DNA of 64,000 nt from positions 1,164,091 to 1,228,090 of the forward strand of contig NW_003314279.1 of the NCBI RefSeq assembly GCF_000143415.4, read 5' to 3'. The position numbers and the translations under genes are program-made. Positions 21,499 to 36,805 of this stretch are shown one piece after another (position 1 is the first letter of the stretch; every line of letters starts with the position of its first letter). Under the pieces are notes generated by a model that saw nothing but the letters and a program-made list of their open reading frames with translations, made no database searches and was not told where the DNA came from. This stretch comes from Selaginella moellendorffii. Taxonomy: Eukaryota; Plantae; Lycopodiophyta.

Positions 21499-24008
21499 CG
21501 CTCGATCCCCTCGCCCGCGGCGCTGATTGAGAAGCTAGATCGGGAGAAATGTGAGATCCGCGCGGAGGGAGTGGAGGAGAGGAGAAATCCCGGCGGGGGG
21601 GCGGAGGACGAGCTCTCCTGGCGAACAAACAAAGGCCGTGGATATAAAACCCGGCCACTAAATAATCGCGATTAGCTCTTAAGCAATGGGACATCCATGG
21701 GCATGCGCATGAGGCCATGGATGGGCATGGGCCGGAGCTTACGATGGTCTCACATCGTCCATGTGGGAAGGAGGGTCCGGAATACTTGGGAGCCAATGGT
21801 ATCGCAGCGCGTGGTGTCACCTAGAGCCGTCGATTCTCTGGTTGTTGGAAAGCTATGACGATGGCATCATATGTTTACATACATGTACACCTTCAATTGG
21901 AGTGGTACATTATTTTTCTATACAGAATATGCAAGTAGATTCTATTCTTCTTGTCACCTATTCTATTTTAGGTGGCTGACGCTCATGAGCTCCTCTTGAG
22001 GGTTTCACCTTGTTTACCTGAGACATTAACTTCAAAGCTTTTGATTCACAAAATGCTGTGCTCAATGCACACTAGCTTTGGTGGATCACTCCAGAGCTTT
22101 GACCCGAGCGCAAGTGTTAAGAATGATCCTGAGAGTGAGATAGAATGTCGGCCTTGCAGCGCTGGTACCTAACAAAGAATCTGGCAGTTTTGGTGGATCT
22201 ATGGTACTTCACCATGGAAAGAAAGTTTTCTTGGTGGCAGTGTGTCATAAATTTTGGGAGCTTTTATAATTCTGTATAGCTTGCAAAACAGATAACATGT
22301 TTTTAGAATGGTAGGAAAACTAGTTGGTCTTTGGTTTGGTTCTTTCATTATTTAAAAAAGTTGGCTTCCTTAGTCATAACACAAATACTAGCAAAGTTCA
22401 TTATCTAGAGTTCAATCTTCTTAGCCATTCAACTTGCTCTTTATTGTGGAAGGGACAATGTTGATGTAAAAGAGATTGAACAAAACAAGTGTTTTATGGT
22501 AGCATACTTTGAATCCATTGGTTTCATTCTTCTAATTGGGGGCATTGTGAATAATATAAAAATGAATAAATGAATGAACCTCTTGGGAAGAAACAATACA
22601 TAGAAATTGTTAAATTCCATTGTTGTCAAAACAAATTTATGCACATTGCATGCAGTAATGCTTAATAGTAGTGTGATTCCTATTTATTAATTAAATTGAT
22701 CATGGAAATTTATAAACACAAGAATAATTTTCAAATATAGTAAAACTATATATGCCTATTAATTAGAACTATAAATTTATTTTACTGTCTCACAGCATGC
22801 AACTAAAAAGACAAAGAAATTCAGCTCAAAAAACTCTAAACCATCAAGCCTACCTAATTGAAATCCTCTACTTTCTCATTTTTATATTTTATATTCATTC
22901 TATTATATAAAATGATTTGTTATATAACTCTTGAGCTGCAGTGGTCAGCCATATGCCTTCTTGCCTATTTGATGAGCTGAAGAAGAATTGGTAATCCTTG
23001 TAGCCAACCTGTGAAGGAAAAGCCCATGCTCGTCAAAATTTGGTCAAAAGGAAGGGTAGAAATCTCTTGAAAGAAAGTTGACTGGAGAGTGATGAGGTTT
23101 TGCTCCAGAATGATTGTCTGCTCTGAACAAGGCTGTAGAGACGTTCCACAACTCAGCTGGGCTTTGGAGCCATGGTATGTGGCCCAGATCATATCTTAGA
23201 CAAACAAACTTGGAGTGGCTCTTTCTCTTGCTTGATAAGTTCCTCTATCTATTGAAATACTTAGCTCATACATTTTATATCCAGGTATGAGCCCGCAGTG
23301 AGGACGAAATCCTAAGTGCTCATTGGCTGACTGAGGTGAAACATGAATTTGACATGTGTCCAGTGGCATCTTGCACTAGAGGACACTGCAGACTTGACAA
23401 CTAAGAACATATGTTTTTTATCTGCCCTTTTTTATTCTTGCAAATGTGTATGCAGAATGAGGTTGCCTTTCTTTTAGAACATCAAGACATAAACTATGCA
23501 AACTTGGTAGGTCTAAATTATAAAAAGGGAAATTCCTCAGCAAAACACCTCTCTTTTTTGTAAAACCTTTTTTGAATTAAGAAAACTAGTTATTAAGTAA
23601 AAGAATACAACCTTTAAATACAAAAGTAGGCTTTCATAAAAGATATAATATTTAGCTTGCCAATATATCTCAAGTTCTTATTTTCGTCTCAAACCATATG
23701 TCATATTCCAATCTATTGCCTCTTATTATTTTGCATTTACATGCAATAATATAAGTGTGTTGAGAGTCTTTAAGTAAAGATTAGCACAAGTTATCCACTA
23801 ACTTTCATCCTTTTCTTATTGGATGAAATAACTAGTACATAATCTTTAGATTTCTTAGGATCAACAAGGGAATTCACCTATAAAAGAAAGAATGTAAATG
23901 TATATTAAATGACAAAGAGGAAGGAATTTTTCTGAAAAGTTATAGAGCCTTCTTTTGTAAACTTATTAAATTTTCTGGTTTTATCAGAAAATTTATAATT
24001 GATTAGGC

Positions 24009-24011
<3 letters not shown>

Positions 24012-24079
<68 letters not shown>
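24012..24079. repeat. (TA)34 microsatellite
   Basis: Perfect TA run. Confidence 0.98.
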
Positions 24080-24083
<4 letters not shown>

Positions 24084-25410
24084 TGATGTTTTTAGAATAA
24101 GTTTTTAACTTATTATTTTCTATATTTCTTTTCAAGAGCCTAAATGGTTTTTCAATTTATGCTCTTGGAGTAACCTCAAAGTAGTTTTTTAAAGAATATT
24201 TTAATTGATGTTTGGGTATACCATTTTTCTTGCCACTCTAAGCTGTTTTACTAAAATAAACTTATGTTTAGATCTTTCTATTACATAATATTAGGGAAAA
24301 AGATATTTGAAAATATTATTTATATAATGGAATATCTAAATATTTGAATAAAGTAAAATATTTAAACTAAACTATTTTAAACTATTTTATTTTTGTATAG
24401 GTTTTTTGCATATCTAAATTTCTACAATTGTTTCCTGTAGTAATTATGATAATGTATTTTACAAAATAGTATTTTTTTATTATTTGAAATTTTTTGCATT
24501 TTTTTTACTGATATATGGAAATAACATATAAACTAACCTAATACTAAAACTTCTTGAAGTGAGTGAGTATTAAAATTGCTGTTGTTGAAAATTTAATGTA
24601 ACATTATAGGTGAGAGTAGCATATGTTATTAATAATTTTGTGTGGAAAAATGTAAAGAAGATATTTTTATAAATATGTCTATATCTCTATTTTCTATTAT
24701 CATTTTGTGTTTTTTATATGCTAAAGAAAATAGACAACACTAACATCAAGCTAATGACAAACTCATATAATACTAAAAGTCATAAGCAAAAATTGGTGAT
24801 AAATTTAAAATAGTTATTATAATTTAAATTGTTAAACTTACTCAAAAATATCACTTAATAAATTTATGTAGTTTCTTTTATTATTTTTACTTTTCTCAAT
24901 TATAAATTTATACAGGTTATTAATCTTTGAGAAGTATTATAAATCCTAGTTATCAAATTTTGTAAAGATATTCTAACTTTCTATATTTAGATATGTAGAT
25001 ATTTAGTTATTTTATGGTAATTTAAATTTAAGTTTATAATGCATACAAATAACAAATTTTAAGTTTAACTAGTTTGCTCAATGTTTGGCTTAAACATTTA
25101 TTATAAATTCCCAATGAAATTTAATATCACTCTTGATTATTTTGTGCAAAAACTTAAGTTTGCTTTCACACAATATCTTGATATTATGACATAAAGTTGA
25201 AAGTAAATAATCTAAATTTAAAAAAAGAGTAATAGTGGAATATGATTGAAATGATTGTTATAGTAAATAATTTTAAAAAAACAATGGTATACATTAATTA
25301 TGGATGTGTAATTCTTTTAATGTCATGATAAATTGTAAGATAGTTTAGAAATTCACGAAGTTATTTGTATGTAGGATTGAATTAAATTTCATAACGTCAT
25401 ATAATTCACA

Positions 25411-28400
25411 TTATGTACATCCTGCAAGAACGTCCCCACTAAAACTTGATGACAATTTAAGCTGCTCAAGAAGAACTCCAAGAGCCCATGCCGATCGGGC
25501 TCTTACAATCTGGCTGGGCGAATTTTCGACAGCTCGCATTAGCAGTGTCACTACCTGATTGATCGAGCATAAAAGAAGAATAGTAAGCGAACTTTTACTT
25601 TTTCCCAAGTTTTCAAGCATTACCTGTGGCACGTAAATCGAGGAGGATCTTTGATCTTCGAGCTGTGACAACATAAAGGCTACAAACGAAACAGCGTTGG
25701 CTTGGACCCGCGGCCATGGCGAATCAAACGCCTGTGGAATCAAACGGGAGCTTTTCTTTTAGGAGTGAGCAACAGGGAAACCACGTCCTTACCTGGATTG
25801 CACAGGACAAGTATGTGTCCAATCTGTCTGAAAATCGAGTTATCAGATGTCTCGTTATTTCCTTCAAGAACGCGTCGTAATACAGCCTGCGGAAAGAGAA
25901 AAGGTTAGTTTAACTTTGAGGAGATCAAGATTCTACGAGCCTGTTGTCCGATTCCTTGCAGTCGAGTCTCGCCACATGTTTGAGCTCTTCAGCCTGAAGG
26001 AGAGGAGCGATTCTCTTGAATGTTGTCTGTGAAAAAGAACAACAGTGGAATGTAAATGAAAGAAACACTTCACTGGGATACCTTGCATGCTTGTCGGACA
26101 GATGAATCCTCGTCATTTATATGCAAAAGCACACGCGGGAGGATTGAGTGCATCTGTAACGAGCGCAGGAATAAGCCTTGCTCGGGTAAGGTTCAGCTTA
26201 CTTGCTCCAGAAATGCATCCAGTTGCGATCCAGTGGCAAAAGCACTTAGCGTCCCAAGTGCACCAAACGATGCTGCTCTCATATGAACGCTCTCCCTCGT
26301 CTAACAACAATCTTTCAAGCATTGAACGAAACATGTATGTAACAAACCGAGTACCTGGAGAGATCTTAAACGTACACACAGGTTAAGCAAAACCGGAACC
26401 ACTGTCTCTTCTGTTGTTATCTCGAGCACCTACGCGAAGGTAATTAGAACAAAATAAAGCGGAGAAAACCCGACTCTTACCAGTGGGAGACCTTGCACGG
26501 CGGCATACGATACAGATTCCACATCGTCGTCAATCAGAGTAACGATTACACCCAACACCTGCGGTGCGTATTGCGCCATATCGTCATGGGGAACCTGTCG
26601 AGGAGTACAAGAACAGCTTATTGAAAGAAAAAACAAGTACAGACACCTGAACAAGGCCTTCGACGCATAAGCGTCTTACTACAGGAGATTCATCTCCAAT
26701 ATGGCGACTCAAGACTCCAACAAGTTGTTCCAAAACGTCAGCGGTCCCCCTACTGCCCCACCATCCATAAAAATAAACTAGTTACAAGAAACAAAAGAGC
26801 CAAGAAACCTGGTTTTGACATATTCCGATAAAGCGGCGGCAGCTGCTATCCTTTGGAAAACGTAGTCTCTTTTGAGAACAGGCCACAGAAGATTGCAAAT
26901 TGCACCAACCTGTAGAAAATGCTATGAGTCCAAAACAAAGAACTAAAGAAGCTCACTTTTTTCGGGTGTGTCAAAGCAACGCAATGCGCAATTTTTCCAA
27001 CGGCTTTGATCCAGTATCCTTCAGTCAAGAGCTCGTCAATGCTGCTATCTACAACCTGCACAAAATACAAATCCGTAAAAATGGTTTATATGAGCACACA
27101 AAAAATCTCTTACATTCTCCATGTCCAAATCCCCAACAAATCTACAAAACGTTTTGAACGCAAGAATAATGTCCCTAGAATTGCAAGAATTAGTCACGTA
27201 CAGCATCTTTTATGTCCTACCTTGACGCTTGCTTATCCAAACCAGTAGTGCCATGTGAGCCTCCAATTTGAAGCAAGAGCGCACAAAAAACTGTTGCATA
27301 ACGTTGTTCAAGAGCTTTCCTGATGGGATCCCCTCCTACTCTGTTGAACAGCATCAATATTAAGCTAATGGTATACACCAGGCTTACCTGAAAGCTGTTG
27401 TCAGTGCCCGGACAGCAGCTATTGGAAAATAGTCGATGATATGAGGAGCATGCGAAGACTGCTCGTTCTTGTCCGTGTCGTCCTTCAGAACTGGAGTTTG
27501 ATCCAGTACGGACACCAAATAGTCGAGAAATGGCAATGCCAAATCCACATGGTTCGCAAATGCCTGCTAGCGGTGTGAGAAGGCAAACATTGTAGAAAAC
27601 TAAAGACTTACTTTAAAGGCTTCGTCTATCGGCCATGATCCTTTTTGTTTCAGTGAATCCTTAACTTGCGCCTCCCTGACTGCTGCAGCTAAAAGTTCAC
27701 TCATAACTATTCTGGATTGCGTTTCTTGTGCTAGAGAACACACCTGCAGACAAAAAAAATTATCGCCGAAATGGAAAAATGTTGACTTACGGTTTCTAGC
27801 ACTTTCTGACGCCTTCCAACCTCCGCAACAGATGTGGCAGCCTTAAACAGCGATTGTGTTATACTGTAAAAAAACTTTCATTAAAACCATGAAACAAATT
27901 GAATCTTACGTAGGAATATCGCGCTCGCCGAGTTGATTGCCTCTCTCCAGAATTAACTGTTTGACAGCAAAAGTAGCACCCTCCCCACATTGAGGGATTA
28001 TATCACAGATAGCTGTGTTGCAATACTGCAAAGCAGACACATACTGCGGAAAAACCAAAAAAACAAAAGTTGGCGCAGGCAGGGGCAAAAAGCTTTACCT
28101 CGTCATTGGTCAAAAGGATGCTAACAGCGCCAACAATTTGCTGTAACGTTCCAGCCAACTCAGCAGTAGAATCCTATAAACATTGGTTAATATCTCAACC
28201 CAACAAAAGTCGACTTACCCATTTAGAAACAGCAATGAGCTCTTCTAGTGAGGATAATGCACCGAAAGAAACTTGCCTGCTTTCCATACTTGAGGAACCC
28301 CCAAGTTTTGGCAAAGTTAAAGCAATGCTGAAGAGAAGGTCAATAATCTGCAGACGGAATGTCAGTTTCCCTAATGCTTGCCTAGTTTCCATGCCTGAGC

Positions 28401-31400
28401 AGACGACTTTCGTATCAAGGAAGAAACATCCGCACAACGAGGTAAATACATCATCACTCTCTTTCCAAGAATCAAAGCGTCGCGTGAGGGAAGAAGAGGC
28501 GTACCTGAAACAACTTTGTAAAGTAAGCATAAAGATAGGAAAAGGTGACTACAACCTGCAGTACAGAATGTTCGGAACTCTCGCAATAGCGCAAGTACTG
28601 ACATACAAGCTCTTTCTCTGTGGTGATCAACTTGTGAAGAGATGTATTGGTCAAGACTATTGAGCAAGTGATGAACTTGATCCGCTCTACTCTTCCCATC
28701 TTCCCCACTGCAAAACATCTTATTCTTTCGATCGTAAATTGTAATTTCTAGAAAACAGACCTGGTTCTTAGAATTACGCAAAGCAAGTTCGTTAAATCTG
28801 ACAAAACAGAATCAACAACGGGTGCAGGTTCTGCTGGTAGCGTGTAGAACCTCAAAGTAGCCTGCACATTCTCATAAACAATTGCAGAAATCACCCAACA
28901 AAATTTTTATCACCTCAAGTATACGATCCCTTGATGCAGATGTCAACTTAGGCTCAACAGATACCAAGGTGGTGCATGCGTTTATCGCCAAGTTCTTGAG
29001 GATCCACAAAACAGAGTAAAAAACTAAAAATAAAAATGAAAAAATGGAACGTCCATCTCACCTGTGTTCGGAGTGAATCCGCTTCTAGTAAACTTTGTGT
29101 GGCAAGAACATAACTAGAAGTTTGGGACACCATTAACGTCATAACATAATCCAGCATTGTATCTCGCCTCTTCAAAGGGAATGGAACCCCATGGGCGCCA
29201 GCCTTTATAACAGCTTGGCCTGGAATACAAAACCAAATTTGTTTTCGTCAGGATTCGAAAAACGTTGTACCCAGCAGATTGATAGCCGTGATAACGGCTT
29301 GCTTAGCTGCGGCACTTTTCACATCAAGTAGCCTTGATAAAACATTTGTTCCCTTGAAAAGAGCTATTTAGTAAAACGAAGTGCGCTTTCAAAGATAAAA
29401 GTTACCACAAGCTTATCGATTCGAGCTTCAATAACGGTGGATGGAGCATAAGAAGCAGCATAACCGTACATCAAAGCTAATGCCGCATAGATATTGTCCA
29501 CATCATTTTCTCTTTGAGCGAAGAAGGAAGCCAAGAACCTGCACAATGAAGTCCGTTAACGTAAACCTCGAATTGGACGTAGAATGACCTCGTGATTGTT
29601 CTTCTACTCTCCTTCTCAAGCACATCTTTCAGCTTTTCGAGAACGGTATCCAAATGAGAAGCTGCTACCTTTATCAGAACAAAGTCATCTACCATTTACA
29701 GACATGTCCACAGTACTTACCAGGCCCATTCCCATAGCTAGACCAAGCCTATTAGCTGTGTCTGCAACGTTGGATTGCCTATACATTGTGGCGATCTTTT
29801 CCCGGACAAAGCTTCTGTTATCAACTTTGGACAGAACCACACCAAGGCATCTACAGACATGCAACAGATGTTCAGAAAAGAAACTTAAAGAAAATTAATT
29901 ACCTGTGCAAAAAGGCACAATGTTGATTATCTCCTTCGTATAAACAGTAGTGGCCAGACAAAGCATTAGCCATAGACATAGTCCATTCAGAACTGCTGAT
30001 AACGTCCACAGATTCTGACAGAAGCTGATGTTGTACATTAGTAGGAAACAGTTTGACAACACTTACGTGTAATATCATTTCTTCCCATGTTTCTTGTTGC
30101 CATGAGTCATCTTCGGAGTCGCTGATATATGCTTTTAGTTTTGGAATCTGCATCAAATAGACTCTAATTCGTGCCCAATGTTCTTAACACACGAACCTCG
30201 TCTTCCCATAGCAACTGGACAGCGGTTGGAAACAGCGAGGACATGTTCAAAAGAGCCTACAAAGTACAAAGTTGTTGGCGAAACTAAGAAAACGTCAGAA
30301 GTCAGAAACAAAGGAAAGAAAAAAGACACCGTCAAAATTGATGCAGCAAGATGATTCCTCGCATGGGGATTCTGCAGAAGAACGATCAACCTTCCCAGCA
30401 CTTCCTGCACTGGCTTGTTATCAGAGAAAGAAAAAGCCTCGACGGGAAACCTCTGGTCGTGGAACGTCGGGTTGCAATCTATAGTCGACAGAGACTGGTT
30501 CGCCTTTGCCATTTTTCCTCTTGATAATCTCGCAAATGCACTTGCAAAGCTAAGAAAGGAAGACTGTCGTCAACATATGTCTCAGGTTCTAGGAGGAAAC
30601 TTACCGTGGCTATCGCTCCTGTAAAGCATGGCGGAATCAAGACTTTCAGTAGAAATGGCCACATAAGCTCCTGGACCAAAAATTCAGTATAGATCTTAGA
30701 AGTGAATGTATCTTCATACTTCCATATGAGGCGTTGTGCTTGCCAGCAAATATAAAATTTTATCGGACACAACCCGCAGCTCTGAAGGCGATACGAATCC
30801 AACTTTTAGACGAAGCTGGGACGTTAAGGGTTAGGAAGAAACTATATAAAAAGAAAAATCTTACGTGATTTTGATGAATTTCAGCATTTCGCGTGCCCAA
30901 CGCTATTTCCAGGGCCTCCTGCTGTGAGTGCAGGATCTTTACCTCAGAATCAGTAATAGCTGACTGCTTAACTAAAAACTCTAAGAATATCCTGTCGTTA
31001 TCTTGTTGCAAAAACCCAACAGCTGACATGATCGCAACGAGCTGAATGATAATAGAAGTGAAAACTACCTTGCAGAGTGCAAAATATAGGAAATATACCT
31101 CTGCCAAAGCTTTCCGCAAGTTCAAATTTGGCTCCTGCAGCGAGACCTTTACAGCCTCGAGTAGAGTGGAACGTTTACCATTCCAGCTTGTAGCAAGTCT
31201 AACAAAAACAATCACCGTTGAAATTATCATACTTGAATGAACAGCTAGCGCACCTAGGGAGTAAATGTTTGAGTATCAAAAAAACTCCAAGTGATGCTTC
31301 CATTTCTTTGGCATTCAAACGCTGCTTTTAAAAACACTTTATCAACCCAAACGAATGAGAATAAAAGCTCCAGCATCTCACAGAGAGTAGATAGTTGAAA

Positions 31401-33133
31401 AGGTCTTCCGGAAAGGCAGTTCCAATAATTACGAAGCAAGTAGCAACCTCGTTAAAATTCTGCAGAAAAGCGAGAATGTTACGATAAAGAAAAATTAAAG
31501 CTTTACCTTTAAAATTGCAGAGGCCTCTCCATTTCGTTCTTTACGAGAGTAGATAGAAGCCATAGGCAAAATCGTATTAAGAATAGATACAACAGCCTGA
31601 AAAACATATTAATACTGGTAACTGTTTCCTAAACACAAGAACCTGAAACTCTAGCATCGGCTGACCACTCGGTAAAACCACTTCCAAAAGCATGTGAAGA
31701 GCATGGGTAACTGGAAAACAATTACTGGAGTCTTTCTTGTACCTTAATGATAACAAAAGAGCCAGGGTGATGTACAAAGAGAAACTTTCAATGATGCTTA
31801 CACTGATAAGATAGAAGGCACGAGCTTAGGCAACGCCGATTTTAACTGAATTTTATTTATGAGAGGGAACATTTGAGCCAAAGCTTCCACAGTAGCCAAA
31901 GAAACCTGATATGTTCCAGATTTATGTCAGTTAAGGAAAGAAACTGCACATACCTTTGCATCACGAGCCAAGAGCCATCTTCCCAGGAAAAGATCAAATG
32001 CAGAGTGTAAAAGAGCTCTGTAAATTACATTAAGTACACAAAAATGAGAAGATACTCCCGTAACTTACTGCATATCAGGACCAAGGTACGGAGCTGACGG
32101 ATACTTTTCAACATACACGATCATCCCGGCACTCCAACACGCAAAAGCTGACAATGATTCATATCAGTCCATATGCTCAACGCAAAATTATATATCCTAC
32201 CATCAGCAAACGTTTTTTTCTGCGCATCCTTAATTCCACCAAGAAGAGGTAAAACGCGAGAAAGCACGCCTTTCATATGAGGGACGAACTGGACAGCTTC
32301 AAACAAAGGCTTCCAACTAAATCCCATCACATAATGATAAGCTGAAGTTACCATCAATTGTCGAGAACTCGGCAAGAGCTTGAACCAATGCCAACACCGG
32401 CACCGAGCCTCCGACAAGTTGCAAAAATATTTCTTCCATAACCTGAAAACGAAGAAGCAGCAATACTAATAATGTAGGTAAAAAAGAAAGAAAGCGAGAC
32501 TAAGCTTTACCAAGCTTGGCATTTGACAACAAACTGCAACCAGCAGACTCGATGCTGCGTGTTCCCAGCTTGAATCCAGATCCTGATAAAAGCTGTTAGT
32601 GCAAGAAGAAATCGAAAGGACAAAATGTACAGACCTTGCAGCTCGTCATCTCAGTGAAGGAGATTTTCACCATGGATTTTATCTTGTCTTCGCTTAGCTG
32701 CATCCTTTCCATGTCGCGGATTGTTCTCGCCATTACGTTCAAGACACTTGATCGATGAACTGCTACTTGTCCTCCACGCTGATCAAGCGAGAGAAAAAAT
32801 AGAAAAGAAGGTGAGGATGCAAAAGAAAAATGCGCACAAAGAGTTGATTACCCGTTTAACAGTTCTCAAGCTCGTGAGGCAGCAATCCAAAATCACATGA
32901 GCGCTTCTGTGCAAGCCGAAATAAGAATTGGAGAGAAAATCCTCAATCTCACCCTCTAGCATCCTTGCAAAGTGATATCGTCGCGGCTTCCCTGACCGCG
33001 TCCGAGGAATCAGACAGCGCTCCAACCAGTGCTCGAATGACGACTAACGAAGAGAATAGAACCGAGATCAGGGAGATTGAGGCTAGATTTTCTTACCAGA
33101 TTGATGAGAAGCCGGCTCCTCATCGCTCGCCAT
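25411..33133 (-). CDS. SGR6: Large HEAT-repeat protein, SHOOT GRAVITROPISM 6 / MROH1 ortholog; dozens of small exons
   Basis: N-terminus [29 protein letters not shown]. Exons include [47 protein letters not shown] and [12 protein letters not shown]. Confidence 0.88.
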
Positions 33134-33278
33134 TGCCAAAGCGATCACTCTCGTCTAAACCCTACTCCCCCCATTCCACGTCATGCTGCCAGGTGGCCCA
33201 CGCGTAATTGATCCATTTAAACCTTTTGCCCGCCTTCCAAAAGCCCTAGTTATCTTTCGAATTTGCCCTCGCCCTAGG

Positions 33279-34334
33279 ATGAGCGCTTACGAGAAGGTAC
33301 GCCAAGAGCGCATTCGAGCAAACAATGCGCGCCTTGCCGAGCTAGGGCTGCGCGATCTGGCCAGGGATATCGCCTCTCAAGCGCAGGCTCCAGCTCGAGA
33401 AGCGAAGCCGGCGAAGCCGAGCACATCGGCTGGGCCGGTAAGAAGGTCGGATAGATTGCGGGCCATCAAGAGCAACAAGAATGAGGAGGTCTCTGATGAG
33501 AGTGACGAGGAGATGATTGTCACACGGGAGATTCGTGACGAGGAGGAGGATTACGTTCCCCCAGCTGATGAAGAGCATGTTTCCGAGGACAGCAGTGATG
33601 ATGAGCATATGAGTGAGGACGAAGAGTCTAATCAACCAAAGGTATGATATGAGTTCCTTTTTCTTCTTTGTTTAAACTGCGGCTACGTATGGGACAGACC
33701 GAAGAGCTTGTGAATTCCCATTTGGATTTCAAGCAGGACGAGGACTTCGATCTTCAAGAGGTTTGTACGTTTGTTTTCTCATGGAAAGAGAGAGTCATTA
33801 AATTTTTTGGAGGCTGTAGGCTATTGCTCTGTCTCTTGAGGAGGTACATGACGGAAGCTTAATCGACAGTAGAACTAAAGCTGTGAAGAAGTCAGTAAAA
33901 GAAGATTCAAAGCGCAGGAAAAAACCGGTAAGAAGATAGCATTTAAACCTGTGCTCATTACGTGCTTCTTACATGTTGCTTTCAGGCTGCAAGAGGCTCG
34001 TTTCACCTGTCCACAAAGGATATCGACATTCTTTATCACGCAATCGTTCGTAAGTGGTAGTGTGCCTTTCTTACTTGTCACCTAAAGTTTTTAACTCTTC
34101 AGAAGGTAGAAGGGGCCTTTCGCTGCGAGAATTGCAACAAGCAGCGTCTGCACATAACTTCACTTGGACAAAGCAGGAACTGCAAGACATGATTAGAATT
34201 TTTGACACCGACCAAGATGGCATGGTAAGCTTATGGAAGCTTCTATCTCTGTTTTCTGAGTACGCCAGTTTTTGCAGCTCAATCTTGACGAGTTTCTAAA
34301 CATGTCGACGCGTTGCCATATTCTCGAAGATTGA
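33279..34334 (+). CDS. EF-hand calcium-binding protein with an N-terminal 'SAYEKVRQERIRANNARLAELGL' motif, acidic linker and UIM-like motif; multi-exon
   Basis: DEDFDLQEAIALSLE; ELQDMIRIFDTDQDGMLNLDEF (EF-hand). Confidence 0.8.
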
Positions 34335-34985
34335 CATGCGAAGCGGCGAATTAATAGAGACCTACGCCGCCAAGACATAGTCTCACGGGTTAGTTGCCGA
34401 CTAACCCCTTTCAAACTATGTTATGGCATGCACTCAAAAACAGTGCTTGCAGGTGTGAATGGGTCTTCCGCTAGTACAGCGGCCTACAGTGGACATGCAT
34501 GAATGGAACTGGGAAGTGGCTCTCTGGCAGTAACAGACGGTTGCTTTTTGGTCACAAGAATCATAATGGGATATTTGCTACGCGTAAATACTGGCACGCA
34601 GTCTGGAAGTCATTGCAGCACCATTCCTTTTTTCGCTGTTGCTTGAGCCAGGCTTTCAGGAATTTTTATCTACATTCGCTCGGCCGGGCCGGGGTTTACA
34701 CATTTGCTGGCTGTTCCGCTCTGAGATATCTTTGTCCGAAGGAGTGCAACATCAGCAGCCACCCGTGATGCCTGATCCCGTGTGACGCTGAAAGGCCTTG
34801 GAAGTTTGCAGATAAAAATTGGCAGCAGGCTGGCTCTCTGGCTGCGGGGCTATGAAAACGGTCTTACAGTACAGCAGGGATTGAGGATAGGGACTCAAGA
34901 GCCCCGGAGACAATGAAGCAGCTTCTCTATATAATCTCCCTGCCTTGAAATCAGTGGCTGCAAAGGGCAATCACTTCGTTCTTCA

Positions 34986-36664
34986 ATGAAGAGTAGGAGC
35001 CGAAGAGCTGCTTGGTGGGTGGCTACCTTGGGTTTACTCGTCAAACTCGTGTACCTCCTCGACCAGGTGACTGCGGCACCATACGCTCACGAAGTCTTCA
35101 ACAACAAGAATGGACTCTGCTCGACTTTTGTTCACCCGTACAACTATGGTTGCAGGGAGTTCTCGGTCTGTAGAGCTTACGCTCTTTTGCTTTCTTTTTC
35201 TGCGAACTAACTTCCTTCTGAACAGGTTCCAACACAAGATGGGTTTTTGCTTGGTGTCCAACGATTGTATGGTCCAAACAGATCCAAGGGTCCTGTGTTC
35301 CTCTACCATGGGATCATGCAGGTGTGCTTTCTAAATTCTTGGGCGTTTTCTTTACCGTTGCTTGGTTGAGCAGGGAGGGGACATCTGGGTGATCAATCAG
35401 CCGAGAGATTCGCTGGCATTTCAGCTCGCAGACGCTGGCTACGATGTCTTCCTTGGAAACACTCGAACTTCCAATTTCAGCTATGGCCATGCCACTTTGT
35501 CCCGCTCAGACGATGTATGCACAATTTCTGGTTCATCCGTTTCATTTGCCAACTTTAACAACTGGTTTTCTGCAGGATTTCTGGGATTGGAGCTGGGACA
35601 ATCTTGTTGAGCAGGACTTGCCGACTATGCTGCGCTTCGTCCACAGTCAAACTAATCAGCGAACAATGTATGTCGGATTCTCACAGGTAAGACTGTCTTA
35701 TAGAGGCAAATGATTCTTATTCTCGTCTTCTGGTTTGCAACAGGGCACCATGACAGCTTTTGCTGCTTTCGCGCACAGTGATGTCTCGGGACTTGTAAAG
35801 AAGGCTGCAATGCTCGGTCCTGTTGCATATCTGGAGAATGTGGATGCACCAATGCTCTCCATTGCGTCTAATATGTATCTGGACAGGGTTCGTCTCTCTT
35901 TCTCTATATCTTTCTTAGCCAGTGTGCTAAATTTTCCTGGCTCAGATTCTTCTTGTTGCCGGAGTCTATGAGTTCCGCGTTGAAAAGTACGTGCTTTTTC
36001 CATACTCGGTCCATGGACTAACTGAAATATAATCAATGCGCAGCTCTGGAGGCCGGCGAGTGATCAACACCGTTTGCAGGTCCCAACGTATGCAGCATGT
36101 GGACTGCTTTGACAACTTGCTGGACATGGTCACTGGTAAACAAAGCATTTTCCTTCTCTTTCTTTTTTTGTTGGTATTTTCAGTTCATCTAAGAATGCAT
36201 GTCTTCAAGGTCCGAATTGCTGCATAAACACGACGAGGAGGCCCTTTTACAATCGCTACGAGATGCAAGCAACTTCAATGAAGAACGTGGCACACATGGC
36301 GCAGCGTAAGTGTCTCGCATGGAGTAGTATTTCTACATTCATGGTGTTCTTCTCTTCTACAGTGGTGCGCTCAGGAGAGTTCCAAAAGTATGATCACGGA
36401 TATGTTGGAAACCTCCTCCATTATGGCAGCTTGGATCCACCGTCGTACTCCCTTTCAGCATTTCCCAGGACCGTCCCACTCCTACTCATTCGCGGCGAGA
36501 AAGACGAGCTTGCTGACAAGGACGACGTCGCCCGGCTCGTCAAAGAGCTCCCATCCGCGACTCAACTCGTCGTGGTTCCTCGCTACGCGCACGGAGACGT
36601 GATGCTCGGGGTGGACGCCACTGCGCTGGTATACAGGAAGGTGATCGACTTCTTCGCAAAGTAG
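34986..36664 (+). CDS. LIP1: Triacylglycerol lipase (acid lipase, LIP1-like); multi-exon
   Basis: Signal peptide; SLAFQLADAGYDVFLGNTR; FWDWSWD; YVGFSQG nucleophile elbow; RYAHGD. Confidence 0.9.
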
Positions 36665-36805
36665 GAAATTATCATCCCCATTTGATCTCTTTGCGAAGTA
36701 CTCTCAAAAGTTCTAACCAAGAAAAAACGCTTCTTTTTAGCTACCAAAATTCGTGCTCGTCCCTCATCTAGATTTACATCTCTCGAGAAAAGCTAGAGAA
36801 AGAAT

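Noticed and set aside
26030-26082. U12-type intron in SGR6 (GTATCC donor)
   Set aside because: The donor is GTATCCCA rather than GTATCCTT, and no TCCTTAAC branch site is visible.
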